A DNA stretch of 63,476 nucleotides, the filler included, from Hyphochytrium catenoides (Eukaryota > Protista > Hyphochytriomycota), in assembly GCA_900088475.1 (NCBI GenBank). It is 5 parts of 5 records of this genome, joined end to end, with 100 filler letters (N's around TTAATTAATTAA, not from the genome) between each part and the next. Parts side by side here need not be neighbours in the genome. Positions count along the whole stretch, not along the records: positions 61,389 to 63,476 come from FLMG01000062.1; 4 more parts are not named here. One strand, given 5' to 3'. Under the pieces are notes generated by a model. The model worked only from the letters and a program-made list of their open reading frames with translations. It was not told the DNA's origin and made no database searches. The stretch's first letter is position 1; each line of letters starts with the position of its first letter. The translations under genes and the position numbers were made by a program. Shown piece after piece: positions 61,472-63,476 of the stretch.

Positions 61472-62868
61472 ATGGAGGGCCAAAAGCATCAAGAGAGCAT
61501 GCCAACTGTTGGACCCGAAGTCGTATCGCCCTCTAGCATGATCGCTGTGAGAGAGGTAGCAGCAGGGCCGAGTTCCAGTGGCAGCATGAAGCTGTCCCTT
61601 CCCTCCATTGAGGAGGAAGATCTGCGATGTGCCGTTTGTCTGGAGATTCTGACGTCTCCCGTCTCGCTTCCTTGTGGCCACTGTTTCGACAGGTGAGTTT
61701 GGTCGTGATGAGGTTCTTGACTTTGACTCCCGGGGAGAGCAACCCTTGCCTGCGCTCGGACACTTATCTGGTAAAACCAGGCTGTCCGCTCTGTCTCCGT
61801 CTTTACTTTCCTCGATTGCTTAAACCCAGAGTCTGTCTACCGTCGCGCCTTCCGTCTTCATCTCCGGATGGGTCTCCAACTTCACCGACTCCTTGTTGTC
61901 CTCTCGGTATCATGGCTTGTTGAGGACTTGCTCTCAAGCTAACCCAGTTGCTCTCTTGTTTGGCCCCTTCCAACGCCGCAGAGAGTGCCTGGTTCCTTTG
62001 TTCCAGACTGTGAAACGACTGGATTCCAACAGCCCTTCCCTCTGTTGCGAGTGTCCGCTGTGTCGGGCAACGTTTGACAGCGCAAACATCAGCCTGATGG
62101 CTTCGAACGCAGTCTTAATGAAGATTTTAAGACAAACTTACAACCTAGACAGCCGCTGGAGCGAGCGAAGCCGTAGCCATCAGCTCCTTCTGTCTCATAG
62201 ATTAGCAAGCGCGGATAGGGAGAGAGAAAAGCGCGAGATGGGTGCCAGAAGGAGACAGAGACCTCGACAACATCGAATGAGCTACTTCCACGCTGTCTAC
62301 GGTGGGAGAGGGGTGGATCCAGATGAAGAGATTCCTCAGGACACAACTTTTGGCTGCTATGCCGCCGCCGTGATAATCCTCTTTATGCTCTTCTCGTTCG
62401 TGCTTGATCAGGTGAGAGCTTTGACCTCTGGTTCTGTGGGGGGTGGATGCACGACTACCTGCTCATTTTGCTCTCTCTGATTGTCTTATCTTGCTCTGCC
62501 TGTGAAAGAGGCAGCGGCTCATGTTTATCTTTCCCACCTCCTCGTCCTTCTTCATCTCCATGCCCAGCTGCCCTCACTGCGCTTTGTGCTCTCTCTGCCC
62601 TTGAGGTAGGATGTGCGACAGTCTTCCCCTCTCATGGTTTTCTCCCCTACGATGCAAAATCCTGCTGATGGGCCTTATCACGTTTCACTTGCCTTTATGA
62701 TAGGTCATTGCTCGGGCACGGTATGACATCATCGTGGCTGGCTCTGGCCCAGAGGGCGGCGCTAGCGTTGCCCAGCACCGGGTGGCTCTGCTACCAGTAG
62801 ATACGATTATGCATGGGCTACATAGCATCCTCCGCGGACTGACTCGACGAGCCGCCGCGGAAGACTGA
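61472..62868 (+). CDS. RING-finger protein with C-terminal transmembrane helix (putative membrane E3 ligase), 3 exons
   Basis: LRCAVCLEILTSPVSLPCGHCFDR|ECL...CPLCR; TM YAAAVIILFMLFSFVL; last exon VIARARYDII...RAAAED* (TGA 62866-62868). Confidence 0.82.
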
Positions 62869-63476
62869 ATATTGCTGCTTTCTTGAACTCTGTGCGCCCT
62901 TCTTGCCACCTTGCCACTTTTAGTGGCCCTGGCTCCTCTTTCTCCTTTTAAACTTCAGCTCTTGACCGCTTTACACCTTGGAGGCGCTCGGGAGTCCTTT
63001 GCTCTCCTTTCGTATAGCTTCAGACTGCTTCTTATCATCTGAGCGCTAGAGCTTAAAAAAGCACCTGCTTGAGAGCTTCAGGGACTATTGTTTTTCAGTG
63101 CCGAGGACGGCTTGCTGCACAGATGTTCAGTTGCGGAGGTTGCGGAGTACGTCGGTAAGGTGTAATAAAAAGATTCTCACGGTAAACCCGCTCAGCCCCA
63201 TCCATCTGTGGCGGCAGGTAAGCTTGCCTTAGGGGTGCCATCCCTTAGTCCTTCGCCGCAGACGATATTATCTGCTTTCTATCCTGCCAAGAAAGTCAGT
63301 TGGATGATGGACCATAAGCTCTAACGCCTTAGCTTGCCCTATTCTTGGCGCGCATCGCCAGATCGTTTTGCATCTTTCACTCTCTCTCTCTCTCTGAGTT
63401 TCATTGGATGAGTAGCCTCATCGTAGCTGGAGGCTGAGGCTGAAGCGGTCTGGTCTAGGGACTCCGTCCTCGGTCT

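Noticed and set aside
1-63476. CRISPR arrays, rRNA genes, prokaryotic operons
   Set aside because: None seen; the sequence is intron-containing eukaryotic DNA.

Overview
Eukaryotic (protist) nuclear DNA with spliceosomal introns. The proteins look stramenopile-like, but that is inference only. The window is five contigs joined by artificial 100-nt N44-TTAATTAATTAA-N44 linkers. (1) 1-19.3 kb is rich in (CT)n/(AG)n and carries V-ATPase V0 subunit d, a membrane-anchored pepsin-family protease with a 1-nt frameshift, an orphan gene and the DEAH helicase DHX37/Dhr1. (2) 19.4-43.7 kb is gene-dense: a DysF-FYVE-lipase3-FYVE protein, a KEIDLM-repeat orphan, an ER-type TPR protein ending KEDL, an aquaporin, a TMBIM/Bax-inhibitor protein and a UMA-UIM-UBA protein. 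The standout is an uninterrupted 2-kb ORF (35468-37468) fusing a pore-less S1-S4 voltage-sensor domain to an intact class I cyclic-nucleotide phosphodiesterase, i.e. a candidate voltage-sensing PDE. (3-4) 43.9-61.3 kb is a transposon graveyard: a CRE-like LINE end, a decayed Helitron with its non-autonomous family, a chromovirus end, copia remnants, a solo LTR carrying a tRNA-like cassette and several foldback inverted repeats. (5) 61.4 kb to the end holds a RING-finger membrane protein. Exon structures were reconstructed by eye, and no database searches were run.
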